Origin: Alphaproteobacteria bacterium
Lineage (GTDB): Bacteria; Pseudomonadota; Alphaproteobacteria; SP197
Direction: 5' to 3'
DNA: 64,000 nt
Assembly: GCA_965228895.1 (NCBI GenBank)
Contig: OZ245842.1
Coordinates: forward strand, 2,656,001-2,720,000
The notes under the pieces are model-generated. The model was not told the DNA's origin. It saw only the letters and a program-made list of their open reading frames with translations, and did not search any database. The position numbers and the translations under genes are program-made. Shown here piece after piece: positions 1 through 8,370 of the stretch (position 1 is the first letter of the stretch; the number at the start of each line of letters is the position of its first letter).

Positions 1-759
1 GGGCACGCCGAAGCTGCGGCCCATGTCGAGGGCAAAGCCCATGTCCTTCAGCGCCAGATCCATGGTGAAGCCGATGTTGTAGCTGCCGTTCAGGATCACC
101 TGGCTTTCGGTCTCATGCACGAAGCTGTTGCCGGAGCTGGCGCGGATCGCCTCGAAAGACTGGGCGAGGTCCAGGCCGCCGCGCTTGGCGAGCATCAACG
201 CCTCGCCCGCCGCGACGAGATGAATGAAGGCCAGCATGTTGGTAATGACCTTGATGACGGACGCACTGCCCAAGGGGCCCATGTGGAAGATCTCACCGCC
301 CATGGCCTGCAGCGCGGGACGGTGTTTCTTGAACACCGCTGCGTCACCGCCGACCAGGACGGTGATCTCGCCCGATGCCGCGCGGTGGACGCCACCGGTA
401 ACCGGCGCCTCCAGGGTCGATGCGCCTTTCTCGGCCAACAGGCCTGCCAAGCGCTCGATCTCGTCGGCGTCGTTGGTGCTCATCTCGATCCAGGCGGCGC
501 CCTCGGCGATGCCTTCAAGAACGCCGTTCGGGCCGGCGACAACCGCGGTCGCCGCCTTGGGCGACGGCAGGCAGGTGAAAACCGCATCGGCGCCATTGGC
601 GGCATCGCGCGGTGACTCCGCCCAGACCGCGCCGGCCGCAATCAGGCCCTCGGCGGCTTTCTTGTCGAGGTCGTGGACTTGGACGTCGAAACCTTCACGG
701 ACCAGGCTTGCCGCCAGGTGCGCGCCCAGGTTTCCAAGACCGATGAACCCATAGCGCAT
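1..759 (-). CDS. NAD(P)-dependent oxidoreductase, 3-hydroxyisobutyrate dehydrogenase family (3' end runs off window)
   Basis: Not in the ORF track; translated by hand from ATG 759: MRYGFIGLGNLGAHLAASL (Rossmann GxGxxG), later DAPVTGG; GGAG RBS upstream. Confidence 0.88.
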   Translation of the reverse strand, partial: MRYGFIGLGNLGAHLAASLVREGFDVQVHDLDKKAAEGLIAAGAVWAESPRDAANGADAVFTCLPSPKAATAVVAGPNGVLEGIAEGAAWIEMSTNDADEIERLAGLLAEKGASTLEAPVTGGVHRAASGEITVLVGGDAAVFKKHRPALQAMGGEIFHMGPLGSASVIKVITNMLAFIHLVAAGEALMLAKRGGLDLAQSFEAIRASSGNSFVHETESQVILNGSYNIGFTMDLALKDMGFALDMGRSFGVP

Positions 760-800
760 CGGCATTCTCCTTCGTTGCAAGATATTGGGGGCCCCACCGG

Positions 801-1985
801 TTAGAGCGGGTGTTCGACCGACTCCAGGTGCAGCTCGGTGTCGTCATAGGGGTTGGCGGCGGCGACGTCTTCGTCGAGCTCGATGCCCAGTCCCGGCGCC
901 TCCGGCGGGATGACATAACCGTCTTCCCACACCATCGGCTTTTTCAGGATTTCGGCGTGGAAGCCGCCCCATGTATGGATGCTCTCCAGGATCAGGAAGT
1001 TGGGCGTGCAGGCGGCGAGCTGCGCGTTCGTCGCGCCCTCGACCGGGCCGCAGTAAAGGTGCGGCGCGATCTGGGCATAGTGCGCCTCGGCCATGCCGGC
1101 GATCTTTTTGCCTTCCAACAGGCCGCCGACCCGGCCCTGCGCCATCTGCAGGATCGAGGCCGCGCCATGGCGCAGGACACGGGCGAACTCGTACTTGGTG
1201 GTCAGGCGCTCGCCGGTCGCGATCGGGATCGACGTGTGGCGCGCCACCTCGGCCATCTGTTCCGGCATTTCGGGCGGCACCGGTTCCTCGAACCACAGGG
1301 GGTCATAGGGCTCCAGCCGCCGCGCCAGACGGATCGCGCCGGACGTGGTGAACTGACCGTGGGTGCCGAACAGGAGATCGCAGCGCGTGCCCAACGCCTC
1401 GCGCAGCTTTTTGACGAACTGCTCGGAAAGCTCCATGCGCTCGAGTGAAGGCTGGCGTGGATCGAAACTTGAAAACCTTCCGGCGGGATCGAACTTGACC
1501 GCGGTAAAACCCAGATCGGCGTACTCCAGCGCACGCTCGACGGCGAGGTCCGGATCCTCGTAGACATCGGTCTTATCGTCGGGCTTGGGGTAGATATAGG
1601 TATAGGAGCGCAGGCGGTCGTGCACACGGCCGCCCAAGAGCTCATAGATCGGCTTGTTGACCTCCTTGCCGACGATATCCCAGCACGCCGTCTCCAACGC
1701 CGACAGCACGCCCATCAGCGAGATATCCGGGCGCTGAGAAAAGCCCCGGCTATAGACGTTGCGCCACATGACCTCGATGCGAAAGGGGTCCATGCCGCGG
1801 ACATGGCGCTCGAACACATCCTCGACCATGCGCGCGATCGTGTGGGGACCGAAGGTGGCGGCGTACACCTCGCCGATGCCTTCGACACCGCTGTCTGTGG
1901 TCAGCTTCAGGAAGACGAAGTACCGGCCGCCGAAATGGGGCGGCGGGTTACCGACGACAAAGGTCTTGAGGTCCGTGATCTTCAA
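801..1985 (-). CDS. Mandelate racemase/muconate lactonizing enzyme (enolase superfamily) protein
   Basis: TTG start at 1985 after a GGAGG RBS; KITDLKTFVV N-terminus, ETACWDIVGK, AVKFD, WFEEP, ATGERL, APH motifs. Confidence 0.88.
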   Translation of the reverse strand: MKITDLKTFVVGNPPPHFGGRYFVFLKLTTDSGVEGIGEVYAATFGPHTIARMVEDVFERHVRGMDPFRIEVMWRNVYSRGFSQRPDISLMGVLSALETACWDIVGKEVNKPIYELLGGRVHDRLRSYTYIYPKPDDKTDVYEDPDLAVERALEYADLGFTAVKFDPAGRFSSFDPRQPSLERMELSEQFVKKLREALGTRCDLLFGTHGQFTTSGAIRLARRLEPYDPLWFEEPVPPEMPEQMAEVARHTSIPIATGERLTTKYEFARVLRHGAASILQMAQGRVGGLLEGKKIAGMAEAHYAQIAPHLYCGPVEGATNAQLAACTPNFLILESIHTWGGFHAEILKKPMVWEDGYVIPPEAPGLGIELDEDVAAANPYDDTELHLESVEHPL

Positions 1986-2101
1986 GGCAGCCCCCTCCCC
2001 GCGCCAACTGTCACTGCCGCGGAATTGATGGCGGACCATGCAACCAAACGGTCTCGCCAGGCAATCGGAAATGCCTGTTGCTTGATCTGCTGGTGCAGAG
2101 C

Positions 2102-2216
2102 CGGCACTGGCCCGCTCTCCCTCCTCCGGGGCAAAACGCCGAGAGGCGTTTTCGCCGAGGCCACCCCGAGGATGCTGCCATGGGTGGCCGGGAGGGGGAG
2201 CGGGCCGGTGATGCCG
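2102..2216 (+). other. Structured intergenic element (three-way junction; candidate ncRNA or REP/RIME-like palindrome)
   Basis: 20-bp outer stem 2105-2124/2191-2210 with two G-U pairs; inner hairpins AAAACGCC-GAGA-GGCGTTTT and GGCCACCC...GGGTGGCC. Confidence 0.5.
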
Positions 2217-2230
2217 ACGAGACGTTAGCT

Positions 2231-3064
2231 CTAGCTTTGGTCGACAAATGTTTCGAGCGGTGCGGGCAGGTTCGATTGGGTCGCCTCGTCGCCGATCAGG
2301 ACCATGTAGAGCAGCGTGATTGCGCCGGCGATCAGCGCCAGGAGCGCCAGGAACACCAGGCTGGACACGAAGCGGGCGATGAGGTCGACGGCCATGCCCA
2401 GCGGTCCTAACGCCGCGGCACCGGAAGCGGCCACGGAGCCGAAGACCGAGATCAACAGCAGTTCGATCAGCACGACCGGAATGCCGACCAGCAGCAGCGT
2501 CGCGACAACCCGGCCGGTGTTGCCGCTGACGCCCTGCCAGCTCCGGCTGGGGTCTGCCGCCTCGTCGAACGCCACCATCGGCAGCATCAGACACAGGCGC
2601 GCGATCAACATGATCGCCACGACCGGCACGGCCAGGATGACGATGCCGCCCAGGCCGCCGCCCTGTGCAATCAAGCTGGAGACCGTGAAGAGCGCACCCA
2701 TGCCCAGTGACAGGATCGAAACGATGACGAAGGCGACAAGCGCGTAGACGAGTTCGCGGCGGCCAAAGCGGAAGTAGTATCGCCGCCCGGCGAAACTCTC
2801 TCCCAAGCCGACATGGCGGTGCCATGCGACCACAAACACCGTCTGCATGACGGCCGCGATGACGACAAACAAGAGCAAGGCGCCGAACCCGACCTGGACT
2901 TCGCCGGTCTCCGGCGACACGGCGAAGATGCTCGACTCGAGCACCATCCCGGCGACCGAACTGATCAAGGCGGGTAGCCAGCCAAGCCGGAGCGCGGTGT
3001 CGAAGCTTTTGACGACCGAATGCACGGCGTAGCGCGCGATGGACAACGGAAGGATCTTGGTCAT
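2231..3064 (-). CDS. Multi-pass membrane protein, paralog 1 (most divergent) of local array
   Basis: Hydrophobic helices; shares W.P, WHR, FG.RE, RL.L..P and W...GN..R motifs with the genes at 4342-8219. Confidence 0.8.
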   Translation of the reverse strand: MTKILPLSIARYAVHSVVKSFDTALRLGWLPALISSVAGMVLESSIFAVSPETGEVQVGFGALLLFVVIAAVMQTVFVVAWHRHVGLGESFAGRRYYFRFGRRELVYALVAFVIVSILSLGMGALFTVSSLIAQGGGLGGIVILAVPVVAIMLIARLCLMLPMVAFDEAADPSRSWQGVSGNTGRVVATLLLVGIPVVLIELLLISVFGSVAASGAAALGPLGMAVDLIARFVSSLVFLALLALIAGAITLLYMVLIGDEATQSNLPAPLETFVDQS

Positions 3065-3207
3065 GCAGGCTCACTCAGGTTGCCGGCGACCCTTAGCACA
3101 GGCTTCCCGCCGGCGCGACGGGCTGTGGATGGCGACCGTCGCCAACCGGCGAGCAAGCGGCTATAAGGCCGCGTGCAGGCAACGGCCGGTGTTCCAGGGG
3201 AAGGCGT

Positions 3208-4326
3208 ATGGGTTGGGTGAAGAGGCTCGCGAGAGAGTATGCGCTGTGGGCAGCGCTGGTGTCGGTTGTGATCGCCTTCTTGATGGGCGCCGGCTTCACC
3301 ATCGACGAAACCCTGGTCGACAGCTTTCCGGGACCCTGGGCGGGAATCGGCCTGTTCGCCTGGCTGTTTGTCATCATCCTGTGGGCTGCCTCCAGCGTCG
3401 TCGCCCATGCCGAATACCTCGCCCACAAATACGGCGAGCCCTACGGCACGTTGATCCTGACGCTGTCGGTCGTGATCATCGAGGTCATCATGATCGCCGT
3501 CGTCATGCTGCACGAAGAGAACAACCCGACCTTCGCGCGCGACACGCTCTATACGCTGCTGATCTTGATGATGAACGTCATGATCGGCCTGCCGATCCTG
3601 GTCGGCGGCCTGAAACACGGCGAGCAGCGCTACAACCTCAAGAGTTCGGAGACCTACTTCTCCGTCATCCTATGTTTTGTCGGCCTGGGCCTTTTCATGC
3701 CGGCCGCTATCGAGCCGTCCTACGTTGCGACCTATGAGCTGTTCCTGATCCTGGCGTGCGGCGCGCTCTACGCGGTTTTCCTGCGCATTCAGACAAAGGA
3801 GCATCGCTACTTCTTCGTCTTCGAGCCCTCCAGCACCGCCAAGGAAGTGACCGAAGGCGAAGCTAAGCATGCCGGCGAAAGCGCGATTTTTCACATCATC
3901 GTTCTGATCGTTGTCCTGTGCCTGTTGGCCTTTCTGTCGAAGAGCATGGCGATCGTCACCGACCGCGCGGTCAAGGATCTGGATGCACCGCAAGCCCTTG
4001 GCGCCCTGATCGTCGCCGTGTTGATCTTGACGCCGGAAGCGCTGACGTCGCTGCGCGCCGGCCTCAACAACGAAGCCCAGCGGGTCGTCAACATCGGCCT
4101 GGGTTCGGCCCTATCCACCATGGGTCTCACCATTCCGACGGTGCTGATTATCGGCTTGGCAACGGGTCACCCGGTCAATCTTGCGCTGACGCCGACGCAG
4201 ATGATCCTGCTGGGCCTGACGCTCCTGGTCGGTATCGTGTCTTACCGCCGCGGCGAGACCAACGTCCTGATGGGCATGATCCACATGGTGCTGTTCGCGA
4301 CCTTCGCCGTCTTGATCTTCATGTAG
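3208..4326 (+). CDS. chaA: Ca2+(Na+)/H+ antiporter, ChaA/CaCA family
   Basis: HAEYLA..YGEPYGTLILTLSV..IEV, ARDT, PEALT..RA, GSALSTMGLTIP motifs. Confidence 0.82.
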   Translation: MGWVKRLAREYALWAALVSVVIAFLMGAGFTIDETLVDSFPGPWAGIGLFAWLFVIILWAASSVVAHAEYLAHKYGEPYGTLILTLSVVIIEVIMIAVVMLHEENNPTFARDTLYTLLILMMNVMIGLPILVGGLKHGEQRYNLKSSETYFSVILCFVGLGLFMPAAIEPSYVATYELFLILACGALYAVFLRIQTKEHRYFFVFEPSSTAKEVTEGEAKHAGESAIFHIIVLIVVLCLLAFLSKSMAIVTDRAVKDLDAPQALGALIVAVLILTPEALTSLRAGLNNEAQRVVNIGLGSALSTMGLTIPTVLIIGLATGHPVNLALTPTQMILLGLTLLVGIVSYRRGETNVLMGMIHMVLFATFAVLIFM

Positions 4327-4341
4327 GCGACGGCATCACCG

Positions 4342-5238
4342 CTAGTCGTCGAAGACCGCGAGGTCCTGGTCGGAAACGCCGGCGCCCGGGCCATTCAATT
4401 GCCTGTAGCAGTCGGCCAGCGACCCCAGCGTGATCATGAAACCGCCGACATAAATGGCGTCGTAAGCCAGCAGCGGCAGGACAATGCCGAACGAGATGCT
4501 GCCCGGCGCCATGGCGCCGACCAGGCCCGAAACGAGGCCAACCGGTATGAAGGCGACAAACGACAGAATGCCGACGAAGAATGTGATGACAAAGTAAGTC
4601 CAGAACAGGCGCCAGCTGTTACTCCGACCCAAACGCCAGGCCGTGCCCCAATTCGCGCCTTGATCCAGCGCGACCATCGGAAACAGAAGCGCCATCCGGA
4701 CGAATGCCAGCATCAACGCGCCGTAGACGACGAGGATGACGACGTTAACGAAACCGCCGATCACAAACGCAAGACCGGCGGCGAGCGAAATGACGGCAAA
4801 CCCGACAATGCCGAACACCAGCATCAGCAAAACGGACGCCCCGAGCATCCTGAACTCGCGCCCACCGAACTGGAACATGCCGGCCCGTCCGGCCAAATCA
4901 TCGCGACGCAGCAGAAACCGCAGCCATCCGGTCGTGACCATGACATAGGCCAGGATCGTTACCAGGCCCGCGATGACGCCCAGCCAGCCGAAACGCCGCA
5001 TGAACTCGATGCCAAGCTGCTGCATTTCGCCCTCGGTCAGAACCTCACTCTGACCATCGGCTGCACCTTCTTGGGGCACGAGCGCTTCCAGTTCCGGCAG
5101 CACCACAGCCATGAAAATACCGTGCACGAGGACCAGGATGACAAGCGGCACCCAGCCGATTTTTACGGCGCTACGAAACTGCCCGAAGAACTGTTTGATG
5201 CCGGCGCCGACCGCCTGACCGATCTGCAGCTTTTGCAT
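4342..5238 (-). CDS. Multi-pass membrane protein, paralog 2
   Basis: ATG with GAGGAGG RBS; ends LGSLADCYRQLNGPG...LAVFDD. Confidence 0.85.
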   Translation of the reverse strand: MQKLQIGQAVGAGIKQFFGQFRSAVKIGWVPLVILVLVHGIFMAVVLPELEALVPQEGAADGQSEVLTEGEMQQLGIEFMRRFGWLGVIAGLVTILAYVMVTTGWLRFLLRRDDLAGRAGMFQFGGREFRMLGASVLLMLVFGIVGFAVISLAAGLAFVIGGFVNVVILVVYGALMLAFVRMALLFPMVALDQGANWGTAWRLGRSNSWRLFWTYFVITFFVGILSFVAFIPVGLVSGLVGAMAPGSISFGIVLPLLAYDAIYVGGFMITLGSLADCYRQLNGPGAGVSDQDLAVFDD

Positions 5239-5339
5239 GCCCCCTCCTCTCGACCTTCACAGCATTATAGCGGCGACCTCAGCAGGTGCGCGACAATCAC
5301 CTGCGTTGTGAGGGTAACCGCAGGTACCGCGGTTGAGGA

Positions 5340-6272
5340 TCAAGCGTCGTCGAAGACGGCAAGCACGGACTCCGGCACACCGAGCCCGGGCCCGCCGAGC
5401 TGACGATAGGCTTCGGCCAGCGACCCCATCAGCATCATAAACCCGATCGCACCGGCAACGCCGTAGACCGCCATCGACGCCTGCGTGGCAAGGCCCGGCG
5501 TCGGGCCACTTACCGCTTCCAGCAGGTGTCCGATCAGCACAGCCGGCAGCCCGACCAGCACCACGGGCATCCAGGAAAGGACAAAGGCTAACGTCAACGC
5601 CAGAGCCAGCTTGCCTGTCTTACCGCTGGCCAGTCCGCGCAAGGTCATCCAACCCATGGTTCCGGTCACGACAATCATCGGCAGCACCAAGGCGATGTCC
5701 ATGACGAGGGCGATGGTGAAAATCAGCACCAGAAAAAACACCAGGATCCCAGCGACGATATCGGCCTCAACACCGACCACAAAAGCCAGATAGATCGAGC
5801 CGACAAGGCCCGCCAAGGCAACCGAACAACAGATGACGGTGACCAGCAGCATGCGTAGAAAGCGCCCGCCGGGCGCGAGCCGTTCCCCATGGACCGTCTT
5901 TTGATCAGGCAGGACGCGTGAGAGCCATATCCGTGCGAACACCACATAACAACCTGCCAGGGCGATCAGTAGCGCGAACACCGACCAATCGAAGGGATTG
6001 AGGCTGTCGATCACAAGCGAGACAACCGCAAAGACCGCCTCGAAAAAACCCCACCGTTCGGCGCCAAGGTATGTCGCGCGACGCCCCATTTCGATGAGAA
6101 CGCCCTGCCCAATCAGGATCATCATGACAGGCAGAAGGCATGCGCTTGCCGCCCCGGGAATGTCTGCAAGGATTGGCCGCAGGCCGGCGCCAAGAATGCG
6201 GCCCGCCCGAAGCGCGCCGTCGCCAGGCGACACGGCAGCCTCCATGTACCGGCTGGCCGGCAAGCGCGGCAT
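5340..6272 (-). CDS. Multi-pass membrane protein, paralog 3 (divergent body, conserved tail)
   Basis: Hydrophobic ORF ending GSLAEAYRQLGGPG...LAVFDDA; start uncertain (6272 or 6245). Confidence 0.8.
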   Translation of the reverse strand: MPRLPASRYMEAAVSPGDGALRAGRILGAGLRPILADIPGAASACLLPVMMILIGQGVLIEMGRRATYLGAERWGFFEAVFAVVSLVIDSLNPFDWSVFALLIALAGCYVVFARIWLSRVLPDQKTVHGERLAPGGRFLRMLLVTVICCSVALAGLVGSIYLAFVVGVEADIVAGILVFFLVLIFTIALVMDIALVLPMIVVTGTMGWMTLRGLASGKTGKLALALTLAFVLSWMPVVLVGLPAVLIGHLLEAVSGPTPGLATQASMAVYGVAGAIGFMMLMGSLAEAYRQLGGPGLGVPESVLAVFDDA

Positions 6273-6403
6273 CAATGGCTCCAAGAACGAGGCTCCGAGG
6301 TCGTCGGCGCTGATCTAACGCTTGTCGGCATGGTTGCCATCGGCACGTCTCCCAGGCGGGCTTTCTAGCGGCCTAATAGGGCGGTTTTCAGACCGCCCCA
6401 GCT

Positions 6404-7306
6404 TTAGTCGTCGAAGACCGACAAGACCCTCTCGGGCACCGCGATCCCGGCACCGTTCAACTGCCGGTAGGCCTCGGCCAGGGAGCCAAGCAGGACCATG
6501 GCGGAAAAGACGCCCGTAATCTGCTGGATGATCGCGCTGATCAGATCGATGACACCGAACGAAACGCTGCCGCCAAAACCCATGGCGAACGCAAGAATGC
6601 CGACAATCACGCTGGGCACCAGCGATATCGCCAGCACCAAAAGGGTTGCCAGACCGAAACCGGTGAACAGCCGCCAGCCGTTGCCCTTCGTCAGACGCCA
6701 CGCCGCGCCCCAGCGCATGCCCTGATCCAATGCGACCGACGGAAAGACCAACAACAAGCGTGTCGTCCACAGGACCATGAGAATCGCCAGCGGCACCACG
6801 GCGACGGCCGAGAGCCACGGACTGACCTGCGCCAGCCCGGCGCCGATCAGCACGATCACCGCCATCATAATGAGCCACAGCAACGCCCAAAGGATGTAGG
6901 CGAAGAACGTTATGACTTCGCGCCCGCCGAGACGAAGCAGACCGATGCGGCCGGCAAGATTGTCGCCGAGGAGTCCGAACCGCAGCCATGCGACCACGAG
7001 CATCATGTAAGCCGCGGCGGAGACAAGGATAAAAGCAAGCGCCTGCCAGCCGATCTGTGAGAAAAGCTCGCCGCCGGCCGCGATGACCTGTTCGACAACG
7101 GCAAGATCGTCGTTGGGATCGACGTTCTCGTAATAGAAGGTTGAGCCGAATGCCTCCATGGCTGGCGTGATCAGGACGATGTAGGCGATTTGGGCAAGGA
7201 TCAGGATCACCAGCGGCACCCAGGCGATCCTGATTGCCGTGCGGAACTGTCCGAAGAACAGGCGCAAGCCCTCGATGGCCACTTTGCCGACTTGAACCTT
7301 CGTCAT
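6404..7306 (-). CDS. Multi-pass membrane protein, paralog 4
   Basis: Ends LGSLAEAYRQLNGAG...LSVFDD; clearly similar to paralogs 2 and 5. Confidence 0.85.
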   Translation of the reverse strand: MTKVQVGKVAIEGLRLFFGQFRTAIRIAWVPLVILILAQIAYIVLITPAMEAFGSTFYYENVDPNDDLAVVEQVIAAGGELFSQIGWQALAFILVSAAAYMMLVVAWLRFGLLGDNLAGRIGLLRLGGREVITFFAYILWALLWLIMMAVIVLIGAGLAQVSPWLSAVAVVPLAILMVLWTTRLLLVFPSVALDQGMRWGAAWRLTKGNGWRLFTGFGLATLLVLAISLVPSVIVGILAFAMGFGGSVSFGVIDLISAIIQQITGVFSAMVLLGSLAEAYRQLNGAGIAVPERVLSVFDD

Positions 7307-7367
7307 ACTAGCCTCGCCCAGAACGTGTCATAAGCCGCAAGCGCGGCGCCGGTAGAGCACATGGCCT

Positions 7368-8219
7368 CTAGTCGTCGAAGACCGAGAGCATCTCCTCCGG
7401 CACCACCATGCCCGGACCGTTGAGCTGGCGGTAAGCCTCAGCCAGCGAGCCCAGCAGAACCATCAGGAAAAACATGCTGAGTGCCTGTTGGACAAGGGAA
7501 TCGATCACACTCGCGGCGGAAAGTTCCAACGACGGCGCGACGGTCAGCAATTGAAGGGGAATGTTGACAACAACGACGATGACAAAGCCCAGGAGGAACG
7601 AGAGCATGAAGCCGATCAGCAAGCGCCAGCCGTTGCCCTTCGTCATGCGCCAAGCCCTGATCCAGCCCATGCCCTGGTTGAGGGAGATCATCGGGAAGAT
7701 CATCAACAGGCGTGCCGTCCACAGCATGGCGACCACCGTGAGCACAATGGCGACGACGGCGGCGATCCAGCCATCCAGCCGGGCTGCGGCCGTTGTGATC
7801 AGCCAGATGGCAATGCCCAACAGCGCCAACCAGATTGTCCACAACACATAAGCTAGGAAAAGCTTCACCTCGCGCCCGCCAAACCACAAAACGCCAACGA
7901 TTTCGCCGCGCAGGATGAAACGGATCCAACCGACCGTCAGCAGGGCATAGGCGAGGGTCGAAACAAGAAGCAACGCGAACGTCTGCCAGTCGATCGCCTG
8001 CCAAAACTGCCCGAGCACGGCGAGAGCTTCGTCGTCGCCCGCCTGGTCAAACTCAGCGCCGAATTCCTCGGCAACCGACGAGATGAGGCTGAAGTAGGCG
8101 AGTTCGGCCACGATCAGGAGAAGGTAAGGAAACCACGCGATCCGAAGCGCCTTACCGGCGTGCGTAAACACCAGGTTGACGCCCGAGATCGCGGTCCGGC
8201 CGATCATCAGTTTCGTCAT
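7368..8219 (-). CDS. Multi-pass membrane protein, paralog 5
   Basis: ATG 8219 (MTKLMIG) after AGGAGGT RBS; ends LGSLAEAYRQLNGPG...LSVFDD. Confidence 0.85.
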   Translation of the reverse strand: MTKLMIGRTAISGVNLVFTHAGKALRIAWFPYLLLIVAELAYFSLISSVAEEFGAEFDQAGDDEALAVLGQFWQAIDWQTFALLLVSTLAYALLTVGWIRFILRGEIVGVLWFGGREVKLFLAYVLWTIWLALLGIAIWLITTAAARLDGWIAAVVAIVLTVVAMLWTARLLMIFPMISLNQGMGWIRAWRMTKGNGWRLLIGFMLSFLLGFVIVVVVNIPLQLLTVAPSLELSAASVIDSLVQQALSMFFLMVLLGSLAEAYRQLNGPGMVVPEEMLSVFDD

Positions 8220-8370
8220 GGCGACCTCCTTGCGGTCGTCATATCCGGCGCCCGCACAACGATGGCGCGTGGCGGCGTATCTTGGTGCGCACCACATATG
8301 GCCTGTCAACTGCAAAGAAATACCGCATCTTCTTGTTGCGGCGCACACGTTCCCGATATAGTCCGGAGCC

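Noticed and set aside
801-3074. 757-aa ORF suggesting a large fusion with the enolase-family enzyme
   Set aside because: The upstream part is an off-frame read-through of membrane paralog 1 and the intergenic element; the real gene starts at TTG 1985 with its own RBS
4342-7384. Repeated TAGTCGTCGAAGACCG as a CRISPR or att-like repeat
   Set aside because: Spacing is about 1 kb, the repeat is the coding 3' end (VFDD-stop) of paralogs, and no cas or recombinase gene is present
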